Shown here: positions 14,385 to 27,721 of the stretch, one piece after another
How the letters are laid out: each line of letters starts with the position of its first letter
How positions within the stretch are numbered: position 1 is the first letter of the stretch
Source: Lytechinus pictus
Lineage: Eukaryota
Direction: 5' to 3'
NCBI RefSeq assembly: GCF_037042905.1
Contig: NC_087250.1
Span: forward strand, 12,526,001-12,590,000
Length of the DNA: 64,000 nt
The notes under the pieces: generated by a model
What the model saw: only the letters and a program-made list of their open reading frames with translations
What the model was told of the DNA's origin: nothing
Database searches by the model: none
Translations under genes and position numbers: made by a program

Positions 14385-17300
14385 TTCGCATGTACTACGG
14401 GGACACTCTCTACAACGCACCAATTCCTTTGAAAATGCAAGTCAAATCACAATGGAAAGCTGAGATGGCTTTTGTCGAAAGTTGGTGGACCGACCGGGAC
14501 GCGAAATTATTTTTCCCACCAAGTTCTGGACCGACATATGAATATTCATGACTTGCGTCTTCGGATTGAGAGTACGCATGCGCGTGGACTTGGCCTCGAC
14601 CAGTGCCGATCGTAAGCATTCACGTTGCTCAGAATGAATTAGCATCGTCAAATTACCGGTACCCTTACATAGTTACATAGGCCTTATAGGCTTAGATCTA
14701 TATATACATCCAATTCATAAACACTTATCAAACTAGCTGCCATTAATGGCAAGACATGTGCTAGGGTAGGGCTAGCTTAGGCTATAGCGCATTAACTTTA
14801 CCTCAAATCTGGACCTGGCTAATGCCTAATACTAATATGAATAGCCGACTAACGCCATGGTTAACTTCGAACTTGTTAATTCCGAACTTAACGTTTGATT
14901 AGGTTTGGACCAATATTAGCTTATTTACCATGGTTTAATATGTCTAGTCCGTATACAGAACCAGTCCTAGATCTAAAAAAATATCTTAGTTCTAGTCTAG
15001 TCTCTAGATCTAGACTCTGATCTACGCGCTATCAGCATGGAACCACTAGTGTACCAAAGGGGGGGGGGGGGGCAGACTACCCCCCTGACGAGTCACAACT
15101 GACTCCCAGTGGACGTGCCCCCCCCCCCTTGAGAAGCCAAATTAATAATTTGTAATGTCAAAATGCAACGAAAAAAGACGTATGTCCCCTCTTTTGAACG
15201 TGAAGATCTTTGTTTTTTTCTTGTTAAATTTTTTTTCAGCTACGAAATCCTTAATTTTGGGTGAAGACGGGGATCAAGATCACTGACGTTAATTTGTGCC
15301 TGACGTTAGAATACGTTCCATGCACGCACTGGTGTACCTACGATTTTCAAAAAGGGGGGCAAATTTTTTAGAGGATATTTCGTCCGCGAAAAAATGTGAC
15401 AAGCCCCCCCACCCCCCCCCCAAAAAAAAAAAGGGTCTTCACCCCAAATTATGGATTTCTTAGCTGAAAAAAAAATTGACAAGCAAAAAAAAAAAAAAGA
15501 TCTTCACGTTAAAAAAAGGGGACATACGTCTTTTTCATTGCATTTTTACATTACAAATTATTAATTTGGCTTCTCAAAGGGGGCACGTCCCCTGAATCAG
15601 TTGTGACTCGTCAGAGGGACAGTCTTCCCCCCCCCCCCCCCCCCTTGGTACACTAGTGGTTCCATGCTAATACAGGCATACAGCGTAGATCAGAGTCTAG
15701 ATATAGAGACTAGACTAGAACTAAGATAATTTTTTTTTAGATCTAGGACTGGTTTTGTATACGGACTAGACATATTAAACCATGGCAAATAAGCTAATAT
15801 TTGTCTAAACCTAATTAAACGTGAAGTTCGGAATTAACCAGTTCGAAGTTAACCATGGCATTAGTCGGCTATTCAGTGTTGTAGTCAAGACTCAAACCTC
15901 CAAGGCCAAGGCTTTAATACCCAAGGCCAAGGCTTCAATACCAAAGGCCAAGGCCAAGGCATGGAAACCCAAGGCCATGGCCTGAAAACCTCAAGGCCAA
16001 GGCATTTCAAACTTACGATATACAGAACAATGAACTAACAATACTTAGGCGGCAGACATCACACATGGTAAAATGTAAGTGAGCGAGGGGACTGAGCGAG
16101 AAAAAAATTAACCTTTGTACATTTAAAACAAAAATAATTTCATGATAGAGACATATTAAAATAATGATATAGTTACCTGTGTACACATAATCCATAATTT
16201 TTCTATAGGCGATTTACATTGCAATAATTATTATTACCACGGTCATCATGATCCTGGCATTCTCAACGTATGTTTTTCTCCACTCCCTGGGACAGGGGCA
16301 GCAGAAAATTATTATGGGGGGGGGGGTCAACACCAAAAAGGCACCCATTTATCAAAATGAGTTTTTTTGTGCAAACAGATACATGTATTTTCAAAATGAG
16401 ATTATGAACTGCGTTAAGTAACTTGTGTGTTTTATAGAAATTAAGTTGAGCAAAGGCTTTCTAAAGTGATTTTTAATTATAAGATAGATATTTTGCTTTA
16501 GGTTTTACTTCTCAGCGAGAAAGCATAGCGAGCAAGCGGTTTTGAAAAAAAAATCAATTCTGATGTTGTAAAACTTGATTTATGGTCAATTATGGGGCTA
16601 ATCATTGTTGAAATTTCCTTGCGCGATGTTGCCAGCGCGAATCACCAGCTCAAACTTCTTGACATGTTGTGTAATAAGACATGGAAATTATTTTATTCTG
16701 AGCTGGTTTTGTAATCATGAAAAAGATGTGTATCTAACTAAAAAATAACTTTGCGCTCGCTAATTCTTTTTATATACTGACCAGTAAAGGAAGCAGTTAA
16801 TTAAGCAGTTAATTACTGCATTTTAAATAAGATACATAACTCACCAATAAAAAATAATGCGAGCGCAAAGCGCGAGCTCAAAAATTTATGATATTCCAAC
16901 CTGAAAACTTGACATTCTAAGCATTTTTTTGTGAACGGGAAGAGAACGAGTACAATAATTGATGCGAGTGCAGGAAGCGAGCCAAATATTTGTGATATTT
17001 CAACCATAAAGCAACATTCTATACATTTTTGTAACCATTAGCAGTACTGTACTAAACAATAATTGATGCAAGCACGATTCAAAATCTGTGATTTTCGAAC
17101 CTAAAATGTATTATGTTTTATTATAAAAGAAGGTATTTCTTTTTTAAAAGGGCATATTTCATTTGGAAAAACAAATCCTACAGGGATTTTTTTTTTTTTT
17201 TTTTGGGGGGGGGGGCAAGAGAGCACATAGCGCAAGCTAAATTTTTAAATGCTTAACCTGAAAATGAGTCATTTTTAGGACTCTTGTCAGTTTTCATATT

Positions 17301-19024
17301 TTTTTCTGCTTACAACCACTTTTATTAAACAGTTAATTAATCATTAATTATTAATACTTATTGATAATAATAATTATTAATTATTAAATTATTTTTTGTT
17401 AATTATTATTTCTTGAAACCATATTGACACAAAAACAAATACGTTGTTTATTTCCTTGAAACTGTAGAGAAATGAGATTCAATGTTGAACGATATATGAT
17501 TAAAAAGAAGTAAACATTTTTTCCCCTTTGTTTTGTCAATCTGACCCAAAACAAATATAAAATTTAGAAGAGAGATAGAGAGAAGAAGAAGTCCCACCAC
17601 CAAGAATAAACTTAGACAAGGGGGGAAAGGGAAAGGAAAAGATGGAGTAAATGTGATATTATTTTTTAAACAATCTATTGCAAAATTAGCTTTTCTTATA
17701 GAAAGAGGGGGGCAAATTTTGTTCACTCGCTCGCTTCAATCGCTTTCTTCTTTTTTTTTGACAGAAATTTTGCTCTATATATGCCATGCTTGGCCCCTCA
17801 AAGTTTCTGGCTCATCATGCCATTGACATAACCCATTTGGATATGACAAAATTGGAGACTGTGTTCAAGTTTACCAAATCTTTTCAGAATATCATTAAGA
17901 CCTAAAACATTCTTGTTGGCCAAAGAAAATAATACAAAGAAAATCCTAATGGAATAGAAATCAACCTTGTTATCGTTCTTTAGAGTTAGCTATGTTTAAA
18001 GTATGAAAATTGTTGTCAAAATTGCAGTCAGATGTAAAAAAATATTTTTGTCATCAAAGCACTATTATCTTTATCATGACCATTATTATTTACTGTCATT
18101 ATCATCATATGATTACAACACATTACCAATACATAATGCTATTTTTCATAACTGATGTATTCTTTGTTTGAATTTATTGATAATGGTGACAATTACAATT
18201 GATGACACTGCTAGTACACTTACTACTGCTGCTGCTACTGTTACTGGTGATTGGTTGTATTGACCATTAGTGTTATTAAATATATATATAAAAAAACAAT
18301 TGAAACATTTATAATTACTTATTTAAAACAAATGAAAGTACAAAATACAAAATGCCTTGAAAATGCCTTAAAATTTCAAGGCTCAAAATCCTCAAGGCCA
18401 AGGCCCTCTCAAGGCCAAGGCTTTGAAAAAGTAGCTAGGCATTAAGGCGCCTTAAGGCCAAGGCCGAGCATCAAGGCACTACAACACTGATTAGTACTAG
18501 GCATTAATTAGACAGGTCCAGATTTGAGGTAAAGTTAATGCGCTAGCCCTACCCTAGCACATGTCTTGCCATTAATGGCAGCTAGTTTATTAAGTGTTTA
18601 AGAATTGGATATACCATATATAGATCTAAGCCTATAAGACCTATGTAACTATGTAAGGGTACCGGTAATTTGACGATGCTAATTCATTCTGAGCAACGTG
18701 AATGCGTACGATCGGCACTGGTCGAGGCCAAGTCCACGCGCATGCGTACTCTCAATCCGAAGACGCAAGTCATGAATATTCATATGTTGGTCCAGAACTC
18801 GGTGGGAAAAATAATTTCGCGACCGGCGGGACAGCATCGGAACCTCTTGACCCTGGACAAGGACATATTTGAAATTGTTCGTCCGGTGCAAATCTTCGGA
18901 TGATCTGCCGGCCCAAGCAGTTCACCAACTTTCGACAAAAGCCTCTCAGCTTTCCATTGTGATTTTAATTGGATTTTCAAAGAAATCGATGCGTTGTAGA
19001 GTTTTCCAGTAGTAAATGCGAAAG
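14385..19024. repeat. Large inverted duplication (arm 14385-~15230 vs 15495-15873 plus 18490-19024)
   Basis: For example 14560-14720 is the reverse complement of 18600-18770, and 14840-15060 of 15645-15873. The ORF-track peptides MTMLIHSEQRE... appear on opposite strands. Confidence 0.92.
15874..18489. mobile_element. 2.6-kb non-autonomous TIR element inserted in the right arm of the inverted duplication
   Basis: TIR CAGTGTTGTAGT ... ACTACAACACTG with CAAGGC(CAAGGC) subterminal repeats at both ends. The flanks rejoin into the sequence of the other arm. No transposase ORF. Confidence 0.85.
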
Positions 19025-19079
19025 CCCCCCTTTTTCAAATTCGATATTTTTTTCTTTATCTTTTCTATATGAACAGCTC

Positions 19080-19690
19080 ACTTGCAAAAGGGGTTAGGTC
19101 CATTTTTCATCAAATTTGATTTTTTTTTTGTCTCAATGTATAGATTTTTAGTAGCTCTTTAAGATGATACCAAAGAAAAGTTGAAATTCCTATTTAAAGT
19201 GATCAAAAATGGCAAAGAAAAATCACTTTTTTTTTCAAAAGGGGTTAGGTCCATTTCAGTTTAGTTTCAAAAGGGATTAGGTCCACACCGATTTTTTTTT
19301 TGGAAAAAAATATTTTAAAAAATATGAATAAGGGTAGATTTCTTTTATTCCCAATTTTATGTTGTCATGGTAGGGAATCTTGAAAATTTAGTTTCGCATA
19401 AGAATATGCAATATAGGAGAATAAAAAAAAATGATTTTCTTGGAGTGGACCTAACACCTTTTGCAAACAAACTCTTCTGAAGAGCTCATTTGTCAAAAGG
19501 GGTTAGGTCCATTGTTCATAAATTTTATTGTTTTCTGTTTCAAAACCTCTACATTTTTAGTCGCTTTGATGAAAACAAAGAAAATTTGAAATTTACATGA
19601 AAACGTGAAAAAAAGTGGCAAAGAAAAATCACTTATTTAATAAAAATAGATTGGATTCGTTTCAGTCTACTTGCAAAAGGGCTCAGGTCC
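19080..19690. repeat. Dispersed subterminal-type motif CAAAAGGGGTTAGGTCCA in both orientations (transposon remnant)
   Basis: Motif at ~19085, 19236, 19268, 19494 and 19674, and inverted at ~19446. Confidence 0.6.
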
Positions 19691-19901
19691 ACAATGATAA
19701 TTCTTAAAAGAATTTATAGAAAAAAATTGAAGACAGGTAGATTTCTTTTATACCCAATTTTACACGTAGCTTCACATTTCGGAAAATTATACGTTTCATA
19801 AGCAACTTACTGTATGTAGTTCCACATAGAACAACAATGACCCATTTTGCTAATTTACTATTAAAAAGAAATCAGCCAGAGTAGCTTTCTTTTTTCACTG
19901 G

Positions 19902-20741
19902 AGGACAATAGTATGGAAGATTAAAAGTGCCACCCAGATGTTCATATAATCATCTCGTCATGTCTACATCTTACAAAAGGGAAAAGGATCAGATGACGAG
20001 ATCTCGGATCTCGCCATGTCTACATCCCGTGGGAGAGATGATCAGATGACAAGATTTTGGATCTCGTCATGTCTACATCTTGTGGGAGAGATGATCAGGT
20101 GGCAAGATCTTGTATCTCGTCATGTCTACATCTTGTGGGAGAGATGATCAGGTGGCAAGATCTTGTATCTCGTCATGTCTACATCTTGTGGGAGAGATGA
20201 TCAGGTGGCAAGATCTTGTATCTCGTCATGTCTACATCTTGTGGGAGAGATGATCAGGTGGCAAGATCTTGTATCTCGTCATGTCTACATCTTGTGGGAG
20301 AGATGATCAGGTGGCAAGATCTTGTATCTCGTCATGTCTACATCTTGTGGGAGAGATGATCAGGTGGCAAGATCTTGTATCTCGTCATGTCTACATCTTG
20401 TGGGAGAGATGATCAGGTGGCAAGATCTTGTATCTCGTCATGTCTACATCTTGTGGGAGAGATGATCAGGTGGCAAGATCTTGTATCTCGTCATGTCTAC
20501 ATCTTGTGGGAGAGATGATCAGGTGGCAAGATCTTGTATCTCGTCATGTCTACATCTTGTGGGAGAGATGATCAGGTGGCAAGATCTTGTATCTCGTCAT
20601 GTCTACATCTTGTGGGAGAGATGATCAGATGACAAGATCTTGGATCTGAAATCTTACCATCTGATCATCTCTCTCACAGACAAGACAATATGGTTATCTG
20701 AACACCTGGGTGGAACTTTCAAACTTCCATACACTAGTCCT
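19902..20741. mobile_element. TIR-bounded element filled by a 53-bp tandem array (~13 units, 19954-20645)
   Basis: About 50-bp imperfect TIRs at 19902-19953 and 20690-20741, right end CC|TTAA. Unit GATCTTGTATCTCGTCATGTCTACATCTTGTGGGAGAGATGATCAGGTGGCAA. Confidence 0.85.
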
Positions 20742-22933
20742 TAACTACTTCAATATGTCGAGGTCCCTTACCCACAATGCAACATTCCAAGTAGTCAAGT
20801 ATTTTCAAATAGGCCAACATGAATAAAAACAAACTAATTCACTGCTCAATTTTTCATACAGCAATAATTATGTTACCAGGCATTCTTGCAAGTACTTTTC
20901 TCTTCAAGACAATGTAGTTTCCGAATACATGAACATTATAAAGTGTTGGCTGATTCATTCTTAGTTATTAATAGCTGTTTCAAAAGCTATATATCATGAC
21001 TAGCTATTTATAAGTGATCAGTTTTCTCTCCTTTTAAATTGTGGAACCTGAACTTTTAAAGAAGGGGGGGAGCTTAAATTACTTAAATAAGTTTTGTTGA
21101 TCCGATGAACCAATTACGGGTCGATAGGATATTTGATGTTATCTTTTTTGGCCCACTTTAACATTTCCATGGTGTTTAAATTTTAAACAATACTAGTGCA
21201 TGTTATCAGATTGACTAGGCCTAGACGGATCACGGCCCAATGCAGGATTTTTGTCCAGGGACGATATGAAAATAAATAAATGAATTTTTCAAAAAGGCAA
21301 AACATGACAATCAAGCCGAAATAGGCCTACAAGCAGGGGTGGCTCAGCGCCCGTATATTTCCAATTCGTCTAATGCCAATTCGTCCAATTGTCAACTCGT
21401 CTACTCTCATTTGGTCTACCATAAGTTCGTCCACTCACCATTTCGTCTAATAACCAGTTGGTCCTATAGCCATTTAGTACATATACCATTTGGTCTAATT
21501 GGACTATTTGTTAATTGTGCAAAGTGAAATAAAATGAAATGGATATTAGACCAACTGGTTATGAGACGAAATGGTCATAGAGGAAATGGTTGTTAGACGA
21601 AGTGATGATTGGACCAAACAGTTATTGGACGTAATGGTTGTCAGACGAAATGTTAACGGACAGAATGGCATTAGACTAAATGAAGGGAGACCATGTGGTG
21701 AGTGGACGAGTTGGCAGGAGAAGAACTGGCAATTTACCCATAGGCCTACAAGCAGGGTGAGGGGGGGGGGCAGCTAAGCGACCAAGCTGAATCACTGGTA
21801 GTGTGTTTCTTTTGTAAAAATTAAATGATCTCAGTCACATTTTGTGTCAATTCTGCAAAAATGAGCAAAATGTTTGGTAGGAAAACTCCCCCTCTCCTGC
21901 CATGCTCTAACCAATGAAATGGAGGAGGGCGGATTCTTATCAACAACAAAAACAAAAACGAAGAAAAGAAACGAAAACCTCCAAATATGGTTTTGTTTGC
22001 AGGAGTCAATAGAAAATGTATTATATCTAATTATATGCATTATACCACCAGTAATTATGATTATTTGACATTATCATTTCGATAGAAGCAGAGGATGAGA
22101 AAAAGTGGCTCTTTGTCTCATTTGACATTGAGAGCCATTTGCAGGACATTCAAGAAAGTAAAAAAGGGGAATTTGGAGAGCTGCTAAAAAGGCAGTTAAG
22201 TCAGCCATGGAGGCAGCTATACCTGCTATTATTACAGCAGTGTAGGATGTGTGCCTCTCTGCTGTAAATGAGGTGGTGAACCCACACCTCCTTCGTCTAC
22301 AATACAGGGACGATGACCTGGAGCAGCAACTGAGGAGGGACAATCTTCGTTTCTGCGGTATTAAGGAATGTGAAGAGGGAGAGGAGGGAGGGTGAAGAAG
22401 AAGAGAGTGAGGAGATGCTCCACAACAAAGTGTTAGCAGTGGCAGAGAAAGCTGGAGTAAAGCTGAAAGCAGAGGACCTGTCTTCATGTCACCGCATCGG
22501 CAAGAAGTCTAGAGGAAAGGAGCGACAGATTTTGGCGCGCTTTACTCTAAGAGGAAGAGAGATGCGTTGTATACTGGTCGATTCAAGTTGAAAGGCATTG
22601 AGAGCATGAAGGGCGTCTACATCAATGAAGACATCGCTCCAATGAGACTTGCTGTCATCCATGCGGCAAAGTTAAGTCCCCATGTGAAGAGAGAATCAAC
22701 TAGCAACGGCAACATTGTATGCAAGCTCACTAATGATGAATACAAAACGATTAAATCCCCTGATGACCTCTTTGATGTTGGTCTTGACAGCATTAACTAC
22801 AAGAACTTCAAGCTCCATTTCATGGAACTATAATCCTAATTGGCTTGTGTTTTTTACAAATAGGTCTGTATCACTAATATAAATTGAAAACAAAGTCTAT
22901 TATGAATTATTACCAAATGATTTTGACAACGCT

Positions 22934-25900
22934 TTGAATTTTGATCTGTCTACATCTCTTAAACTGTCCTATATCAACATACGATCATTGGGACAAAATA
23001 TTGAAAATCTCAAGCTGTTATATGAAGATTGCATTAATACCAGATTTAATATAATTGGTTTGTCAGAAGTTTGGAGTGTCCCTGATACTTCACTTCTAAA
23101 TTTGGAAGGTTATACCCTTGAAGTAGATTGTCGACAAAGTGAGTTTAGAGGAGGAGGAGCTGGAGCTTATATCAAGTCCAATCTGAAGTATACTCGTTTG
23201 AATTATGATATTGTCCATTCCAAATCTCTTTGGTTTCAAGTTAGTTTTACTAATGAACTTAAAATACTTATTGGTGTGATATACAGAAAACCTGGTACAA
23301 ATGTAAAGGAAATTCAAAAATAGCCTGCTTTCTATTTTAGAGCAGAATAAGATTGATAAACGTAAATGTGTAATATTAGGATATTTCAACCTGAATACGT
23401 TAAGTTTAGAAGATGCAGTGGAGGACTTCGTTTCATCTCTACAGTGTGTGGGATTAGAACAATTAATAAATTCACCAACAAGGGTAACCAAAGATTCTTT
23501 TACCATATTAGATCATATTCATTCAAATTTTGGTATGCTTGAAACACACTAAGGTATCATACAATCTGACATTTCGGATCATTTTGCAGTTTTTGTAGTT
23601 TTCAGGAATATTAAAAACAAAATATGTGAAAATAAGAGGAAAATTACTTTAGATGCTACAAAAATTATAATGCCGATCAGCTTAAAAATGATCTTTCCCT
23701 TTGTGACTGGGAAGATGTATTTAATAGCAGTGACGTAAATGTTGCATATTCTACTTATAAGAGATCTTTTTCTTGTATTTGCAATAAGCATGCTCCGTTT
23801 GTGACTAAACAGATTGGAAAAAAGAAAGATATCTAAAAGAAACCATGGTTGACAAAAGGAATTTTGAAATCTATACGTACCAAGCAAAAATTATATGCAA
23901 AACTTCTTAAGTCAAATTACCGTGACGACATTTTGAAAGAGTTCAAGAAATATAGAAATAAGCTAACTAAAATATTAAAGAATGCAAAAAGAAAATATTA
24001 CAGTAAGTTGTTATATGACAACCGATGTTACACAGGCAAAACATGGGATATAATTAATGAATTATTGGTTGGTAAGAAAAAAGCATCAAGGAGTACTGAG
24101 GTGGAAAAGCTTATCAAAAAGGTAAACGAAAATAATACTATTCTTACATCTGCACATGATATTGCTGATGAATTCAATAACTTCTTCGTAAATATTGGAC
24201 CTAACTTGGCAGATTCATTGCCCATTGAGAATATGTCACATTCACATTACCTTGGTGCACAAGCTAGCAATTGTTTATTTTGGAAACCTGTGAAGTAGGT
24301 GCCATGAGCCTAATTACATCAGGAGGGCTAAAGATATTCGTTCGACCCAACCCATTCGAATTTTTTTCAATTTGATATTGCTGATTGACAAAAGTGTATG
24401 AATATGATTCAAAATCTAACACTGATTCTAGAAATGGTAACTACTGAACTTCCTTTGCCCAAATTGGGACGATATATCAATGATTTGGAACTATTTTTTG
24501 ACTGGCGGAAGAATTGGGGCTATTTTACTGTTTCAGGTGATGAATTTGATCCCATCATAGTTATCTTCATAAATGGCGATTTATTTTTAAAATGAGCTGG
24601 CTACGATACCCTTCTCTGGTCAGACATGGAATGTCAGATATATATCCTATCCAAAGGTAGTAAACATTCGACCCTCTAATTTCACATTTATTTTTTATGA
24701 ATTTTTCTTAAGTGCCATTTTAACACACAAGTCTATGGGGAATGTTTTACGCGCGTGACACCTGTAAGTAATACAGGCAAATTCCCTATAGTGGATGGAA
24801 TACCTGCCCAAACTCCTCAGTAGTATACAATTTCTAACTGATATCAATATGTTTAGTCATCAAGGGTGCAAAAAAATGGATTTAATGGCTTAGCAAGGCT
24901 ATATATCAGGTAAAGTTAGTAGGTATGTGCATGTAAGCCTAGGAATGCATATAGACTGGTCAATGAGAGTCTAGGCCTCTTTATGTTCTGATTCATCATT
25001 GGTTTGTGCTAGTGTATGATTACCTACTTAATGTTAGAAAGGCCTTTACAAATTGCTCATGTTAAAATTGTTCTTTTGGATTGGGGTAGAGAGGAGATAG
25101 AACTTTGTGAACTTTACTGAAGAGAACTAGAGTGGTACCTTCAAGAAGGTATTTAGAAAAAGGCAAAGAGTATAAGGTAAGGTATCTAATAGTGCTCAAC
25201 TAAGGGGGGAGGGGGGGGGGTAGCTGTGTGATCCAATCTTAGTCTAACCCCCCCCCCCTCTTTATAAGCCATGTCATCTATAAAACTATCTTTCTTTTTT
25301 GTCTCTCTCTCTTTCTATCTATTTATGTATCTCTTCCTTCTTACATCTGATAGGCAATAGCCCTAGGAAGATTTTGATATAATAGGTCAAATGCAAATGT
25401 ACTAAAGTAATATGTTCTCATTCTTTTATTGTTCCTCAATCAATCTCATGTATATCTGGTAATTATGTTTGGGGCAGTTCTGGTATCCTGATATCTACAG
25501 ACAATTTACATACACCTTTATATATTGTCATTGCATTCACTGTTGGGCTACATGCAGGTAGGATATGTAGACGTCCATATAGTGAATATAACATATATGA
25601 GTAACACATAAAAATTGGTCATTGCACAGAAAATAGGCATTTTCAATGCATTTCTTTGTGCTAGTGTGAGTGTACAGATATAAAAGAATAGCAAAGTAGC
25701 TATTTAAAAAAATAAAATTCATAGGTCATATAATATAGGTGCCATGAGCCTAATTACATCAGGAGGGCTAAAGATATTCGTTCGACCCAACCCATTCGAA
25801 TTTTTTCAATTTGATATTGCTGATTGACAAAAGTGTATGAATATGATTCAAAATCTAACACTGATTCTAGAAATGGTAACTACTGAACTTCCTTTGCCCA

Positions 25901-27721
25901 AATTGGGAAGATATATCAATGATTTGGAACTATTTTTTGACTGGCGGAAGAATTGGGGCTATTTTACTGTTTCAGGTGATGAATTTGATCCCATCATAGT
26001 TATCTTCATAAATGGCGATTTATTTTTAAAATGAGCTGGCTACGATACCCTTCTCTGGTCAGACATGGAATGTCAGATATATATCCTATCCAAAGGTAGT
26101 AAACATTCGACCCTCTAATTTCACATTTATTTTTTATGAATTTTTCTTAAGTGCCATTTTAACACACAAGTCTATGGGGAATGTTTTACGCGCGTGACAC
26201 CAGTATTCAATCATCTTATATCTCTTGATGTAAAGAAAGCATGTGGTCATGATTATTTACCTGCAAGGTTGTTAAGAGAGGGAGCAGTTTATATATCAGG
26301 TGTTCTTACTTATATCTTCAATCTGTCTTTTGGGTGTGGGAGAGTACCTGATGACATGAAAATAGCTAAGATTACACCTATCTATAAAAAAGGACCAGAA
26401 GATGATCCAGGAAACTACCGACCAATCTCTGTTTTGCCAATTCTGGGTAAGGTTTTAGAGAAAGTAACCAATAAACGATTAATAGAATTTTTAGAATCCA
26501 ATGATGCATTATTCAATCATCAGTATGGTTTTCGTAAAAGATACAGTACAAAATTGTCGCTTATCAATTTGTCGAACACTATTCTTAAATCCTTAGACCA
26601 GGGTAAAACTACCCTTGGAATATTCATTTATTTTAAAAAAGCTTTTGACACAATCGATCACAATATTTTGATACAGAAGCTTTTTCACTATGGTGTGAGA
26701 GGGCTTCCTTTAAACTGGTTTAAAGACTATCTTGCTTGCAGATATCAGTTTGTTCAACATGGTGAAATATTCAAAGAAAATGAAAATAAGATGCGGTGTC
26801 CCTCAAGGCTCAGTATTAGGGCCTACATTATTTTTATTATACATAAATGATCTTCCATCCGTTTCAATTTTTTTCTATTTTAGATTATTTGCTGACGGCT
26901 CTAATCTTTTTCACACCTTTCCAATTGGAAAGGATGAGATCGATAACAATGAGATAAATACTAATATAAATAAAGTGCAAAAGTGGTGTGTTGCAAATAA
27001 GCTTACTATCAATTCTCTGAAAACAAAATTTATGTTAATTAGCAGTAGAAAAGGGAATGTAAAGTTGCGTAGTAATATTACACTAGATGGAGAGGAATTG
27101 GAAGAAGTTGACGAAGCAACTTTTGTAGGTATATCAATTGATAAGCATCTGTCTGTCTGTCATGGAAAGGTCATATACGGACGATTAACTCAAATATACG
27201 TAAGAAAATAGGAATTTTGTTTCGGTTACGATATTTTGTACCCAAATTTACTTTGATATTGTTATACAAAGCTTTTACAGAGCCACATCTCACTTATGGC
27301 ATTGAGGTGTGGGGGAGTACATACAAGAGCAGCCTGAATTGTATATCTTTCCCAAAAAATGGCAGTGCGAGCAATTACCTTTAGTCACTGGCAAGCTCAT
27401 TCTCGCCCTTTTTTCAATGATTTAAAGATTCTTAATGTTTATGATTTGCATAATCTATCAGTATGTACCTTCATGTATGATCTGCGTAATAATAACCTAC
27501 CTCACTCCTTAGCAGATTATTGTAACCTAATTGAGCACAATTATCCTACTAGACAGAAGAAAGGCCAACAAGTAAATCTTCCAAAACTAAAAACAACTCA
27601 AGGCCAATTTTCACTTTCTTTTCTAGGTAGCAATTTTTGGAATATAGTACCAGTCGAAATCAAATTGAAGAAATCAAGAAAAAGTTTTAGGAATTCTCTA
27701 AAAAGTTATTTGTCTTCATAA
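22934..27721 (+). pseudogene. LINE ORF2 (endonuclease-reverse transcriptase), disrupted
   Basis: In-frame stops (e.g. at ~23321), several frameshifts, the catalytic FADD motif reads FADG, and a 1.9-kb insertion at 24298-26201. Confidence 0.92.
24298..26201. mobile_element. Composite or LTR-like non-autonomous element: direct repeats 24298-24762 and 25738-26201 around a 975-bp core
   Basis: The repeats differ at only 2 positions that I could see. Each is bounded by imperfect TIRs GGTGCCATGAGCCTAA / TTACGCGCGTGACACC. AGTA is duplicated at 24294-24297 and 26202-26205. Confidence 0.9.

Noticed and set aside
14442..18903. Paired ORFs MTMLIHSEQRE... as a duplicated gene
   Set aside because: TTG starts, no domain or splice support, and fully explained by the inverted duplication.
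24398..26034. Two identical 65-aa ORFs (MNMIQNL...)
   Set aside because: Identity simply reflects the recent direct repeat, and there is no recognisable domain.
24298..26201. Retrozyme or hammerhead ribozyme in the direct repeats
   Set aside because: I found no CTGANGA...GAAA core with the required stems by eye. An Infernal search would settle it.
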